NCBI GenBank assembly: GCA_013239625.1
Contig: MU053561.1
Location: 2,155,818 to 2,219,817, forward strand
Origin: Lama guanicoe
Taxonomy: Eukaryota
Length of the DNA: 64,000 nucleotides
Direction: 5' to 3'
The notes beneath the pieces are model-generated. The model saw only the letters and a list, made by a program, of their open reading frames with translations. It made no database searches and was not told the DNA's origin. The translations under genes were made by a program, and so were the position numbers. Positions 24,115 through 38,190 of this stretch are shown here, in pieces; positions within the stretch are counted from its first letter, which is position 1, and each line of letters begins with the position of its first letter.

Positions 24115-27100
24115 CAATTAATTGACCCTTGAAAAATGTGGGGGTTAGGGGTCCTGTCTCCCTGTGCAGACAGAAATGTGTGTGTAACTTTTGACTCCCC
24201 CAAAACTTAACTACTAATAGCCTAATGTTGACTGAAAGCCTTACAGATAACATCGCTGATTAACATATTTTGTATATTACATGTATTATATATTGTATTC
24301 TTACATTAAAGTAAAACAGGGAAAATAAAGTGTTATGAAAAAAACCGTAAGGGAAGAGAACATACATTTACAGTACCATATTTATCAATACCATAAGTTT
24401 ATGTCATCTGTTTATAAGATGAATTTTCTGTCTGTACCTACGTCAGTATTGTATATGATACGAAATAGTGCACATGTCATATGTGTTATTGACACTAGAC
24501 ATCAAAATTGGAGAGATAATGTGAAAAAGAAATTCATATTTATTTACAGGTATAAAGATTCATGCACTGATAACAAAGCAGCAGCGATATGACTGCTTCA
24601 TGGTAGCCTAGTGTGCTCGATATGATTGCCTCACAGTAGCCTAGCCTATACACAAGTAAATAAATTCGGAAATACTCATGGCAAAGAGTTTTACAATCAT
24701 ATTCGTAATACAGAATTAGAAATGCTGCTACATATTTCTAAAAACCACTATCTGTGGTGATAGGCTGATATTCAGTTTCTCCAATAATGAGAGAGAGGTG
24801 TGCATACTGCACAGTACTTCTTTGAAAGCCAAGTTATAAAATAGTAAGAAGACTAACACATTATTAATTTTATTTTAAACATTACTCATCTTATGCCGAT
24901 ACAAGGATAGGGTATCCACTTTGGTACAAGTCTTGCACACAATGTTCTTTCTACACGATGAATATGTCAATGATGATGACACAAAACGTCCCATACCGTA
25001 CAGTTCTTGCCATACAGTTATTAGATTTTCACAAGAACACGCACACACGCACAGCAGACACAGTTATTAACTGTATAGCACGACGATCTATTCATTAAGT
25101 GGAAGTGGGTCATCATAAAGGTCTCCACCTCCCTGACTCCACACTGAGCAGACTGAGGAGGAAGAGAAAGAGGCGGGGCTGGGCTTGCTGTCTCAGAGGT
25201 GGCAGAGGTGGAAGCGGGGGCAGGAGAGCAGGCACACTCAGCGCAGCTTTACGGAAATACATCATAACTTCTGACTTTTCTGCTTTTTCATTTCTCTAAA
25301 AATGTTTCTATGTGGTACTAATCCTTCTTCCGCTGTTTGCTTTACTTTCAGTGCCCATATCTTAGAAGGTCCATGTCGTAAAAGAAGTAAAAGCAGTCTT
25401 GAATAACTGGAACCTTCCTCAAGACTGTGTAAGGTCAGTTTGTTTTCTGGCACAGCTAGCTTCTTCTGTCTTCCTCCTCATTATCTGCCACTGATTTGGA
25501 AGCACTCATCTTCTGCTAATTCCTCTGGTGAGGCATCTAATAGCTTTTGAATTTCTCCAAGAGGTATATCTTGAAATCCTTCATCCTCCTCCTTTTTGCC
25601 ATATCCACAATCTGTTTCATGATTTCCTTGACTGGCTCTGTCATAAATCCTGTGAAGTCACGCACAACATCCGGACACTGTTTTCTCCTGCAGGAATTTA
25701 TTGTTTCAGGCTTGACGGCTTTCATGGCTTTTTCTTTAACAATGATGGCATCTTCAATCGTGTACTTCTAGACTTTCATGATGTTCTCTCTGTTGGGTTC
25801 TCTTCCACAGCACTGACCATCCTTTCCATAGAGTACCATGTATAATGAGCCTTAAAGGTCCTTATGACCCCGATCTAGAGGCTGAACTAGAGACGTGTTT
25901 AGGTGCAGGCAGACCACTCTGATACCTCTGGTGTTAAACCGGTGTTCTAGGTGGCCAGGGGCAGCATTGTCCAGTAACAAGAGAACTTTAAAAGGCAGTC
26001 TTTATTGGCAAGGTACATCCCGACTTCAGGGACAAAGCAACAATGGAACACTCTAGGAAAAGAATTCTCCTCCAGGCCTTTTGGTTATTGTACAACCAAA
26101 AGATGTTTTGCATGTGTTTACCTTTCCTCTTCAAGTCTCAAGGGTTAGCAGTGTTATAGATAAGGGCAGTCCTGATCACAACCTAACTGCATTTGCACAA
26201 AACAGTCGAGTCAGCCTATATCTTAATGCTTTAAATTCTGGTACTTACCTCTCTTCCTTAATACCAAATGTCCTCTGTGGCACTTTTTCACAGAATAGGG
26301 CACTTTCATCTGCATTAAAAACCTGTTCAGGCAGATACTCTTTCCCTTCAATGATTTTCTTAATAGTGTCTGGGAACTCGTCTGCTGTCTCTTGGTTGGC
26401 AGAAGCTGTTTCTCCTGTTGTGTTATCTTGACATTTTTCAAACCAAATCTCTTTCTAAAATTATCAAACCATCCTTTACTGGCATTAAATTCTCCAGCTT
26501 TAGGTCGTTCACCTTCCTTTTGCTTTCAGTTGTCAAAAAAATGACTTTGCTTTTTCTCAAATCATGTTAGAGTCTATAGGTATGCCTTTTTTACAGTAAC
26601 TCTACACTGATACAAAAGCTGCACTTTCAATACAAGACAAAAAGGTATTTTGCAAAAAGTGCAAGGTCCTTGTGCCTACTGATGTAGCTACAGCGAAAGC
26701 TTCATGAATTTCCTTTTGATTCTTGTTTTAAAAAATCATCCTTACACTGGATCCATTTACTGTGCAATGGTGAGAAATCCTAGCAGCAGACCTCAATCTA
26801 CACACATATCAAGGAATTCAACTTTTTCTTGTACTGTCATGACTCTTCTCTGCTACTTGGGAGCGTGTCCAACATCAACAGTGGCACTGTGTATGGGGTC
26901 CTACGGTGTTAGTCAAGCTTTATGTTATCACACTAAACGTGCTGAAAAATACGCAAGGACTGCGAGAGATCACTTTTTGCTTGATATAGAGTTTACTGGA
27001 GAGACAAACCACTCAGATGGAGATGGTTAGCATCACTCGGCATTTTAAGCGGATACTCACAACACGAGCTCACTGCAACAGCGACAGGAGGTGGCTACAA

Positions 27101-27480
27101 AATTACTACAGTAGTAAGGATGTGCTACAGCTATAATTCAATACTGCATCTTTACATTTGTTTCTGTTTCTCTTGACTGTGAATGGTGCCATGTACAGTC
27201 TGCAGGTATGTTAGTTATGAGAAATTTAAATTTTTAGTAATAGGTGTATATTTTATGGTAGTAAATGATAAAACAGACTACTATGTACATATATTTTATG
27301 AATTCATATGTACCTGATTTTTTCCTTAATTTTTTTCAATATTTCTAGGCCATGTGGTTCACCTGCAAGTTTTTTCCAATTGTCACAAACCTACAAAAAC
27401 TTCCTAATATATTTATTGAAAATAATCTGTGTGTAAGAGGATCTTTGCAGTTCAAACCTGTGTTGTTCAAGGGTCAACTG
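24115..27480 (-). mobile_element. Full-length Tigger2-type (long variant, Tigger2f-like) pogo/TcMar DNA transposon with decayed transposase
   Basis: TIRs ...ttgacccttgaaaaa / ttgttcaagggtcaactg with TA on both sides. Minus-strand remnants EYLPEQVFNADESALF (~26340-26293), LPFKVLLLLDNAAPGH (~26000-25950) and KAVKPETINSC..PDVVRDFTGF, broken by stops and frameshifts. Confidence 0.9.
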
Positions 27481-28512
27481 TAGTTATCTTTGGGAAGTGA
27501 AACTAGAGATGGGATACAGAGAAACCTTTTACTTTTCATTTTTTCTATTCTATACTACTTAATTCATTTTGCTATAGCCTCATACTATTTTTATAATTAA
27601 AACAATCTGTATTAAAAACAACACATTACTCTTGATTTCTGAGGATCTACACAAGACAGAGGAGATAAATGTCTTATACAACTAATTTTAATATAAGCCC
27701 TATGCTGTTAATTCTGTACAGTGCAACAAACATTTGCACATATACTCTACCCCAAACATGAAACCCAGCACTGAGGACATTAATATTTCATGTAGACAAT
27801 GAGAACAAGAGAAGTATTTTAAGTATACCTAAGGATGGATTAATTCTGTCTTAGTGTTAGAGAAGATTCATAGAGACAGTGATATTTGAGCCAGGCCTTG
27901 AAAAAGTAAAAGGATTTTGTTAGGGATAAAAAAAGAAATGATAAATTCCAAGCAGAAGCGAAAGCAAGAGTAAAGACAAGTGAAAATGTATGGTGGGCAG
28001 GTATGGACCAGATGCAGGGGAGAAGAGGTCTAGCAGGAGAGGTGACTAAAAAGGAACACACAGCGCTTAATTATTCAGTATAAGAGCAAAGAATATAAAC
28101 ACTGTGGAAGTAAGGAGCAAACTTTCCCACATGGGGAAGTACAACTGTAGAGTATAGTCCTAGAAGCAGGACTACTGGAGCAAAATTAATGTGCTCTTAA
28201 TATTTCAACAGTTTCTTTTCCAAAGATTTCACCACCCACATCAATCAATATACACTCTCACTTCCAGTGTTTGCAAGTGACTAGACATTCTTGATCATAC
28301 CAGAATGCAAACTTTTAAACTATTAAGTAACCGGACAGTAAAACATGGTATTTGATTACTAATTTTCATTTCATTTCTTTCTTTATGAGTGGGTCAAATA
28401 TTTATTTTTCATGTATTTATGGCATTTTCCATCTGTATTTTATCTGCATTTTTCAGTGAACTGCCTTTACTTACTTTAATACCTTTTCCTGAAGATTTTC
28501 ACATTTTAAGAA

Positions 28513-28962
28513 AATCTCCACATCAAATGTATTGCAAACGTCTTCCCAGTGTGTCATCTGTCTTCCAATTTGTTTAACGTTCTTTTTTTTTCTCTTACAG
28601 ATGCCCATTTTCATGTGGTTAAAAATTTAAATCTTTTCTTCTATGGTTTCTGGGTTTTGTGTCATGCCATCTTCACCCACAGAGCTGCGAGAAAACAACT
28701 TCCATTTTTTTCAGATTTTATTTGATTTTTTATATTTAATCTATCCATCAAATGTATTGCAAATGTTTTCCCAGTGTGTCATCTGTCTTCTAATTTGTTT
28801 AATGTCCTTTTTTTTTCTCTTACAGATGCCCATTTTTATGTAGTTAAAAATTTAAATCTTTTCTTCTTTGGTTTCTGGGTTTTGTGTCATGCCATCTTCA
28901 CCCACAGAGCTGGGAGAAAACAACTTCCATTTTTTTCAGATTTTATTTGATTTTTTATATTT
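28513..28962 (+). repeat. Internal 225 bp tandem duplication, present only in unit 1
   Basis: aatctccacatcaaatgtattgc... (28513) and aatctatccatcaaatgtattgc... (28738). Unit 2 carries only the second variant, at 30982. Confidence 0.95.
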
Positions 28963-29300
28963 AAAGCTATGTTCTATATAAGATCAATTTTAGTATTTAT
29001 AGGTATTCAGTTTTATTCTTTTTTTAATGGATATTTTTTCTAGCTTCATTTAATTATTTAACTTTTCCTCAATGATCTGAATTACCTTTTTTCAAAGATG
29101 ACATTTCCACATATAAGTGGGCCTATTTCTGAACTCTGTCCTGTTCCATTGTTTCATTTACTCTTTACCCTAATAAACCCTCTTTAATTAGTACAGCTTT
29201 ATAATAGTTTTTTAAATGATCTCTTTAATATACAAACATTATATACTATATGATATAAACAGGTTATAATATATTTCATTATCTGGAAGCTCCTGTCTCC

Positions 29301-29790
29301 TGTGGTGATTGCATCCTTTGTTGGCATAGCTAAGCTGGAATTATATTTGTCAGAATTACCTTCTCTGTATGATTCTCGATTAGGGTTAGCCACAAAAAAT
29401 ATGCATATGATGTGGAGGGTGAAGTAAAGCAGGAACTATTATGCTTTGAGGGGCAACGAAGGGTTGCTATGTGCTGCTCAAGTTACGCATGTTGTCAGTG
29501 ATAACCTCACTCAACTGGGAGGTGTGGGGCAGCTGCCAGACCTTCAATGTCTGCAGCTCCTATTGGACGTCCTTATCAGTTTCTCCAATTCTCAGGCCGG
29601 ATATGTATAGCTCCATGGCATAAAGTGCCAGCTACTTCTGCCAGCTACCTGCTTATCAAAGCTGGAGGCAGTGAGGCACAGGTGTGGGACCGTTTGTCCT
29701 CACTGAGTTCTAGTTTGCCCTTGTTCTCCTTTGTTTCAGGTCTATCTTTTTTCCCCAACTGCTAGCCCTACTGGCCCACAGTGACTTTAT
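29301..29790 (+). mobile_element. ERVL LTR (LTR52/LTR41-like), duplicated at ~31547-32036
   Basis: tgtggtg...gctaagctggaattatatttgtcagaattaccttctctgtatgattc...ttagggttagccacaa. Confidence 0.55.
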
Positions 29791-32329
29791 ACCTGCTACC
29801 TTGTATTCTGTGTCAGATATAATTCTAAGGGTTTCACTATACTAACCCCCATAACAACCCTTTGAGATGATACTATTATTAATTCCTCTTTTATGGACAA
29901 TGAAGCTGAGGGAGAGAAATTAAGTAACTTGTCCAAAGTTACACAGCTATTAAGGGAAAGAGTTAAGAAAAGATAGATAAATATGAACTGGTTCAGAATA
30001 CATGGTTAGATGTCTTTAATGTTTGATTAGCTTGGGTATATACAAGGTATACCTATTAAGTCTGTGAGTGACATGAAGCTATAATAGCTAATACATTAAA
30101 TGAAAAACTCAAGAATTCAAAACATTTCAATAAATTAGAAGAATATGTTAAATCTAACAAAATAAAATTTAATAAGGATAAAGATAAAATGTAATAAAAG
30201 TCAGAAAAGCTAATCATAAACCCCAAACATGAAACCCAGCACTGAGGACATTAATATTTCATGTAGACAATGAGAACAAGAGAAGTATTTTAAGTATACC
30301 TAAGGATGGATTAATTCTGTCTTAGTGTTAGAGAAGATTCATAGAGACAGTGATATTTGAGCCAGGCCTTGAAAAAGTAAAAGGATTTTGTTAGGGATAA
30401 AAAAAGAAATGATAAATTCCAAGCAGAAGCGAAAGCAAGAGTAAAGACAAGTGAAAATGTATGGTGGGCAGGTATGGACCAGATGCAGGGGAGAAGAGGT
30501 CTAGCAGGAGAGGTGACTAAAAAGGAACACACAGCGCTTAATTATTCAGTATAAGAGCAAAGAATATAAACACTGTGGAAGTAAGGAGCAAATTTTCCCA
30601 CATGGGGAAGTACAACTGTAGAGTATAGTCCTAGAAGCAGGACTACTGGAGCAAAATTAATGTGCTCTTAATATTTCAACAGTTTCTTTTCCAAAGATTT
30701 CACCACCCACATCAATCAATATACACTCTCACTTCCAGTGTTTGCAAGTGACTAGACATTCTTGATCATACCAGAATGCAAACTTTTAAACTATTAAGTA
30801 ACCGGACAGTAAAACATGGTATTTGATTACTAATTTTCATTTCATTTCTTTCTTTATGAGAGGGTCAAATATTTATTTTTCATGTATTTATGGCATTTTC
30901 CATCTGTATTTTATCTGCATTTTTCAGTGAACTGCCTTTACTTACTTTAATACCTTTTCCTGAAGATTTTCACATTTTAAGAATCTATCCATCAAATGTA
31001 TTGCAAATGTTTTCCCAGTGTGTCATCTGTCTTCTAATTTGTTTAATGTCCTTTTTTTTTCTCTTACAGATGCCCATTTTTATGTAGTTAAAAATTTAAA
31101 TCTTTTCTTCTTTGGTTTCTGGGTTTTGTGTCATGCCATCTTCACCCACAGAGCTGGGAGAAAACAACTTCCATTTTTTTCAGATTTTATTTGATTTTTT
31201 ATATTTAAAGCTATGTTCTATATAAGATCAATTTTAGTATTTATAGGTATTCAGTTTTATTCTTTTTTTAATGGATATTTTTTCTAGCTTCATTTAATTA
31301 TTTAACTTTTCCTCAATGATCTGAATTACCTTTTTTCAAAGATGACATTTCCACATATAAGTGGGCCTATTTCTGAACTCTGTCCTGTTCCATTGTTTTA
31401 TTTACTCTTTTACCCTAATAAACCCTTTTTAATTAGTACAGCTTTATAATAGTTTTTAAAATGATCTCTTTAATATACAAACATTATATACTATATGATA
31501 TAAACTAGGTTATAATATATTTCATTATCTGGAAGCGCCTGTCTCCTGTGGTGATTGCATCCTTTGTTGGCATAGCTAAGCTGGAATTATATTTGTCAGA
31601 ATTACCTTCTCTGTATGATTCTCGATTAGGGTTAGCCACAAAAAATATGCATATGATGTGGAGGGTGAAGTAAAGCAGGAACTATTATGCTTTGAGGGGC
31701 AACGAAGGGTTGCTATGTGCTGCTCAAGTTACGCATGTTGTCAGTGATAACCTCACTCAACTGGGAGGTGTGGGGCAGCTGCCAGACCTTCAATGTCTGC
31801 AGCTCCTATTGGACGTCCTTATCAGTTTCTCCAATTCTCAGGCCGGATATGTATAGCTCCATGGCATAAAGTGCCAGCTACTTCTGCCAGCTACCTGCTT
31901 ATCAAAGCTGGAGGCAGTGAGGCACAGGTGTGGGACCGTTTGTCCTCACTGAGTTCTAGTTTGCCCTTGTTCTCCTTTGTTTCAGGTCTATCTTTTTTCC
32001 CCAACTGCTAGCCCTACTGGCCCACAGTGACTTTATACCTGCTACCTTGTATTCTGTGTCAGATATAATTCTAAGGGTTTCACTATACTAACCCCCATAA
32101 CAACCCTTTGAGATGATACTATTATTAATTCCTCTTTTATGGACAATGAAGCTGAGGGAGAGAAATTAAGTAACTTGTCCAAAGTTACACAGCTATTAAG
32201 GGAAAGAGTTAAGAAAAGATAGATAAATATGAACTGGTTCAGAATACATGGTTAGATGTCTTTAATGTTTGATTAGCTTGGGTATATACAAGGTATACCT
32301 ATTAAGTCTGTGAGTGACATGAAGCTATA

Positions 32330-33000
32330 ATAGCTAATACATTAAATGAAAAACTCAAGAATTCAAAACATTTCAATAAATTAGAAGAATATGTTAAATC
32401 TAACAAAATAAAATTTAATAAGGATAAAGATAAAATGTAATAAAAGTCAGAAAAGCTAATCATATCAATATAAGAGAGAAAATAATTATCTTAGTTCATG
32501 TTAAAAAAAAGAGAGAGAGAGGGAGAGAGAGAGAGAGAGAGATCTACAGCAAAATTTCAAGCTATATTGACAGGGCTACCAGAAAACAATACAGTATTAC
32601 CTTGCACTGAGGAAGGTATAATGACCAAATTAGGGATTGGTACTCTGCACTGGTTTACCCACATCTTGAATGTACTGTTCAGGCTAGAAAACCATGGAAT
32701 CATCTCCAATGAAGCAAACCAGACTGGTATCAAGAAAGAAATATACAGAAACTTGCCATCTTTAGCCTGATAAATACAAGCATTTTCAGTTCTCATTCAT
32801 GCAGAAGTCTCCATATTTCCAAAGGGCAAAACATGGATCCCTGAATGGAACTCACAGTGAAACAGATTTTAACTCAATATGAGAAAGATCTTTCTAATAA
32901 TAAAAGCTCTTGAGCAGTGGAATTGGTTAGCCTTATGAGGCAGCGAGCTGCCCATCAATTGAAGAGGTTAACAAAACACTTTCTGACAAAACATTCCGTA
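32330..33000 (+). mobile_element. L3/CR1 LINE remnant (5' part duplicated at ~30085-30218)
   Basis: gaattcaaaa...ctaacaaaataaaatttaataaggataaa, and 3' part cagattttaactcaatatgagaaagatctttctaataa...gcagtggaa. Confidence 0.6.
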
Positions 33001-36000
33001 TGTTGTAAAGAAACTTTTAACATTGGGAATGTCTGTGTGTGTTGGAGAGGGGAATGGGCTGCAGTGGTGCTGGACCTCTACATTTTTTTGTAGCTCAAAA
33101 AATTTCTTTTGATTTGAGGCACAAAGACAGCAACTGAATTTGAGGCAAAAAAATATGACTGCAGTTTAATTTATTTTTAAAAAAATTTTATCTGATTACA
33201 AAAGCAAAACCAGAAGTGGATTTAAAAGAGTAACACCAATTAAGCTAAACCACAGTATACATTTTGATGTTAAAGACATATTAAGATGTTCATCTATATG
33301 TTTCATATACATATATGTATATGCGCACTTAACAGCCTACTTAATATTATACTGTGACAAGTCTATAATCGCTATTGGTCCATAATATCCACCGTGGATG
33401 TGCCATCATTTATTTCTTTCAACTAATACTGAACATATAGTAATGCCTTATTTTTATAACTGCAATAAACGTCCTTGTACATAAATCTCATCCCATAGCT
33501 TTGACTATTTAAGAGTCTTGACATATTCTTATATAGTTTTCCAGAAATTTGCCATTAAATTTAGAGTTTGACTTTTAAGAGACAGGAAGGGGAAAAAAAG
33601 CACACTAGCAAGATACACAGACAGACAGATAGGCACACACACAAAACAATTTCTGCCCCAGAGATTTTGATATAAGTGAAAGCAGGCACACTGTGATAGT
33701 AAACTTGGTCTTAATTTTACAGTACTTCTCTTTTCTTTTAACAACAAATTCATTAAAAAGACTATGATTCCAACTAACCTGCGATTTCTCTGAGCCAGTT
33801 AATACCTGATAGATATGAACTCAAGAAAAACTGACTGAAATGTAGCCCCAAGATGTACACTTTCCTCAGTTTATCAGACCTTCAAATAAAAATGCAACAG
33901 AACTGAGCTACTGTTTGACAAACGCCCAGTCAAACCTGGGTTAATCATTATAGATACCGAGGTTACAGATATAAAATAATCCACATCTCCCTGGAAGTTT
34001 TTGTTAAGAGGAACTGATTTATGGCAGTAAATGGTACAAAGTGATAGAACTATAGAGAATCCAAATGAGAAATGTTCATTTAACAATTCAAGGACTGCTG
34101 CTAGAAAACTGCTCCCAGAAGGCTCGGTGTTCCATCTGCTATTTCCCTTGGAATTCTTTTAGCTTAAGGGGCTTTTGCTCAACTGCTGTTTCACTAAAAC
34201 CAATGAAAAGACAATCTGGAGAGGAAATAAAGCCATTACCAAAAAATATATTTCTCTTTCCTGCAACTGGAGAAATGCAGCAGAGTGGTATTATTTTACC
34301 TACTTTTGTAAAACAATCCAGATTCCAAACAAAAGTCTAAGTTAAGGAATTTCATATGTTAGCTGAAAGCTATTCAGTTTTTTCTTTCTTGCATAATTAA
34401 CCCCTTACCTAAAAAGCAGACTGACTTGTATTTATTACTACTAATACAATAAAATCTTCAATTATCTAAATCTCCCCTCAAAACAGATATAAACATTCTG
34501 TAAATTTAATCTTGAAAAAATCTCTCCAGAGCCTTCTGTCCTATTCAATCTGGACTGATGACCCTCTTAATCTTCCTTTCACCTGTTCCCTGTATTTCAT
34601 GTCTTCCATTCTAGTTTACACTCAGTTTGGATGGAGTAAGTCCTCTAAAACATTACTGAGAAAAAGTGCACAGAAGTAGATTTTTGAGACCTCATACAGT
34701 TAAAAACTGCAAATTCTAACTTGGAATTAATTTTCGGTCATAATTTTGAATGAACTGTGCCACTGCTTCTAGCTTCCACTGTTGTTCCTGAGAAATCTGA
34801 AGCCATTCTGACTCCAGATAATTTTTTCAAGATTTTTATTTGCCTCCTTTGGAAGTTATTAGATCTTTCCTTTATCCCAAGGGTTCTGGAATTCCATGGT
34901 GTTGTGCCTTGGTGTGGGTCAGTTTACATCCACTGTGCTGGAATCTTGATGGTTTCTTTCAGTCTGGAAACTCATGTCCTTTAATGCTGGGATATTTTCT
35001 TGAATTACCTTATATTCATATTTTACTTTTTAAAATAAATTTTAAAAACTCAAACTAGTAATGTATGTAATGCACATAGCTTTCATGCCTATAGTTTGAT
35101 AAATATCTCTAACTCAGTACACTCTATTAGTATCTAGTGGGGCACTAAAATGCTCATTGGAAACTGTAGGCATGTTATTAGCATTCACCATTGGGGGATG
35201 GGTGAGGAAATGGCCATTTTGTTAAGGGAAACTCACATATCAGTATCTATAGTTTCTTTTTCTTGTAGGCTAATCAATTTTCCCAGAAAATAATCCTCCA
35301 AGTTTCTATCCACTTTCAATTGTGCCTCATATCCCTAAGTCCAGAGCCTCCCTGATTCGATCTCTTCATGCAAGAAATCTACCATTTATGGTAGAGATCA
35401 GGCAGGGGTGAATTTAGGGTCTAACTACTCTTTATATATATAAAGTTCAAAAAACATTCTATAGTTTTCAATCCTACTTTGTACCCTAGTCTTGGGTCCT
35501 GCAGGTTTTGAAGTTCTTATCAGCTTGCTTTAAATTAACTTCCCCTGATACAGGTACTTAGCTTTCTCAGTTTTCCATCTTCTAAAAATAAGCTGATATT
35601 GCCTGTCTGCTGTTCATTTCTTTCTCATTCTTTTTATCCTTGTCCTTTACACCTTCCTAGTCCTCTAGCCATTTTAATGGCTTTTAAGAGGGAGTTGAGG
35701 ATAAATGCAAGTGTTCATTCTCTAAGCTAAACTGTAAATCCCTTTCATTTGTTAGAAGTAGGTGTCTTCAAAGGTTCAGGTATGTCTTTTCTCTTCATCC
35801 TTAAAATCTTTCTGAACTTATCTTCTGAGCTCCAGATCTATATTTGTAAAAGCCTCTTGGGAACATATGTCAAGACTAACTCATTATCTTTTCTGAAAAT
35901 CGATTTCTTTTTGTAACTTGGTGTTACAATCCTTACAGTTACCCACAATAGAAACTTTAATGTTATCTCTGACTCTTCCTTCTTACTGAATCTCCCTATA

Positions 36001-36967
36001 TCTAATAAGACACTAGGGCTTGTCAATTCCACCTTTAGACCACTCTTATCTCATTCTTAACATTCCATTGTCTGCCTGATAACTACTTTCCTGACTACTA
36101 ATCCATCCTATTATACCCACCCTGCCTTCCAGTCTGGTTTAAATGCCACCACTTCCATGAAGTCTTCCTTTATGCTTTTCCAAGTTCATTTAATTTGTCC
36201 TCCTTTCAAAGACTTGTACTTTATTAACATTTCTCTTCTGCACTTAATATATTAACTTTTCTTGCAAATTTGCATGCATTTTATTTCCTCTATTAAAGTG
36301 TAAGAGTTTTAAGGGAAGAGACGGAAGGAATCTATCTCTGATCTTCCTTATTAGTTTTTGTTTTACCATCAGCGTATACACTAAATGAATAAACACATTT
36401 GGGATGCTTGAGAGAAACAAGAGAAACAGAGGACATAGTCTTGTCTTCCAGAGAAGAAGGTGTATCAGTATGTATAGCTATGATGTATCTATACAGTAGA
36501 GCATCCATGATGAAATGTCAAAGGTAAAACGGCTCAACTTAAGTCAGGAACACAGGCTTTGTCATTTAATTGTGCAACTGCCCAGCCAATCTGCTGCCAC
36601 CTCTGGAAGCTAAAACACATGGATTGTTGCCCTTTAATGAATTCACAATAAATTTCAACCACTTGATGCAACCTTAAATTAACAGTTACTCAGCTTTCAA
36701 CAAAAGCTTATTTGAATTAATTGACATGTGAGAAAAATCCGCCAAGTCATACTAATTTTCATTCCTCTGGAGTTTCACACTGTATCTTAATAATGAGAAA
36801 AACATAAACCTACAACTACCATTACTCTTCACAGAAAAGTCTTAGTCAACTGCACTCTAATATTATGCCATCAGTTTTTATAAAGAATAAATCATATTAA
36901 GTGTTTTTCTGAGTCGTATTAAGAGTCTTCTGTAACATCTCTGTTTAAAGATATTTACCATTATGTT

Positions 36968-37046
36968 TTAGGCTGAATCATATGAAATTGCCAATGTTCA
37001 ACTGTTTACGACTTTTACAAACAGCAATTTCATTTAGTTCATCTAA
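36968..37046. mobile_element. MADE2-like Mariner MITE (~80 bp palindrome)
   Basis: ttaggctgaatcatatgaaattgcc ... gcaatttcatttagttcatctaa followed by TA. Confidence 0.8.
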
Positions 37047-38028
37047 TAGTTCAATATTTTAAAATTATGAACTATCAAGTTAAGTCATCTTATAATTTAG
37101 CAGTAAGAAAAAATTCTGTCTCATCTGTCAACATAATCTGTTCTCCCAACTCACAGAGATGATAATGACACTGAGCAAGCTGCTTCCTTTTTGCTTTTAC
37201 CTGCAAGGAAGCTTAGTGCTGTATGTAGTGCTCAACTGTGATAATTTTCTTAGCCTAGGTTTTGTTATAATTATCTCTGAGTCCTAGTTTGACTTTTTCA
37301 ATTTTTATTGATCCAAATGTATGTTTGTGTGTGTGTGTGTGTATATATTATATATTATATAATATATATATATATAAAAAACTGGGTACTTAGAGTACTA
37401 TGTTGAGAAGCATTCTTCCTGAACTTGGCAGGGAAAAGTACGAAGGTCAACTAGTCACATCCCATACACATACTGCAAGGGGAAAAGCAGCATGCCACAT
37501 ATGTATTTGCATCCCTACTCCATGTGCTAAAGTGCTCAAGGTCTGTACTGATGAGGCATTTGAGAATTAATTAGGAAAGCCAATCTGCAAGAGCTAAGCT
37601 CTGAACTTTATTTAGAGACAGGATAGGGGCATTAACTGATAGAAAGTGTAAAGGTATTCCTGCCAGAACCAATGAAATATGAACTAGACAATGAAATGCA
37701 AAGGAACAAATTTTATATAAATAGATATAGAAAGACAGATAGATAAACTTGGTTTAAGAACAGAACATTTAAAGAAAAGAAGTGAGAAATCAAGCTAGAC
37801 ATGAATGAGCCATTGGAGCTTTTGGGCAGAAGAGTGACATGAAGAAACTGGTATGGGGATGTTGAAAATCAAGTGATTTCTTTTTAAGACTAGAGGAGGC
37901 CTCAAAATTAGCATTTTACCACTACTGTAGTAATATTCAATTCAGGCAAAATGCCAGTAACACTGAGTAAAAGACTGCTAGAAAAAGGATATTCAGGGTC
38001 TCAAAGTTGTCATTCCACAGAGTACTTT

Positions 38029-38190
38029 TTTTTTAATCTTTAAAAATTTTTATTTATTTATTTATTTTGGGGGGGAGTTAATTAGGTTTACTTATTTATA
38101 TATTTATTTTTTAGAGGTGGTACTGGGGAATGAACCCAGGACCTCGTGCATGCTAAACATGTGCTCTACCTCTTGAGCTACATCCTCCCC
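38029..38190 (-). mobile_element. Camelid tRNA-derived SINE (Vic-1 type)
   Basis: Minus strand GGGGAGGATGTAGCTCAAGAGGTAGAGCACATG...GGGTTCATTCCCCAGTACC. Degenerate TSD attccacagagtacttttt / attcacagatcacttttt. Confidence 0.88.

Larger units (their letters stand above)
27749..32464 (+). repeat. Direct tandem duplication: unit 1 27749-30218, unit 2 30220-32464
   Basis: Identical ORF translations at offsets 2471 (27840/30311) and 2246 (29547/31793). Junction gctaatcata-a-accccaaacatg. Confidence 0.97.

Noticed and set aside
25150..26900. Domesticated TIGD/CENP-B-like transposase gene
   Set aside because: Multiple stops and frameshifts, and it is still bounded by TIRs and TA target sites.
36968..37046. 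Pre-miRNA-like hairpin
   Set aside because: Explained by MADE2 terminal inverted repeats, with no expression evidence.
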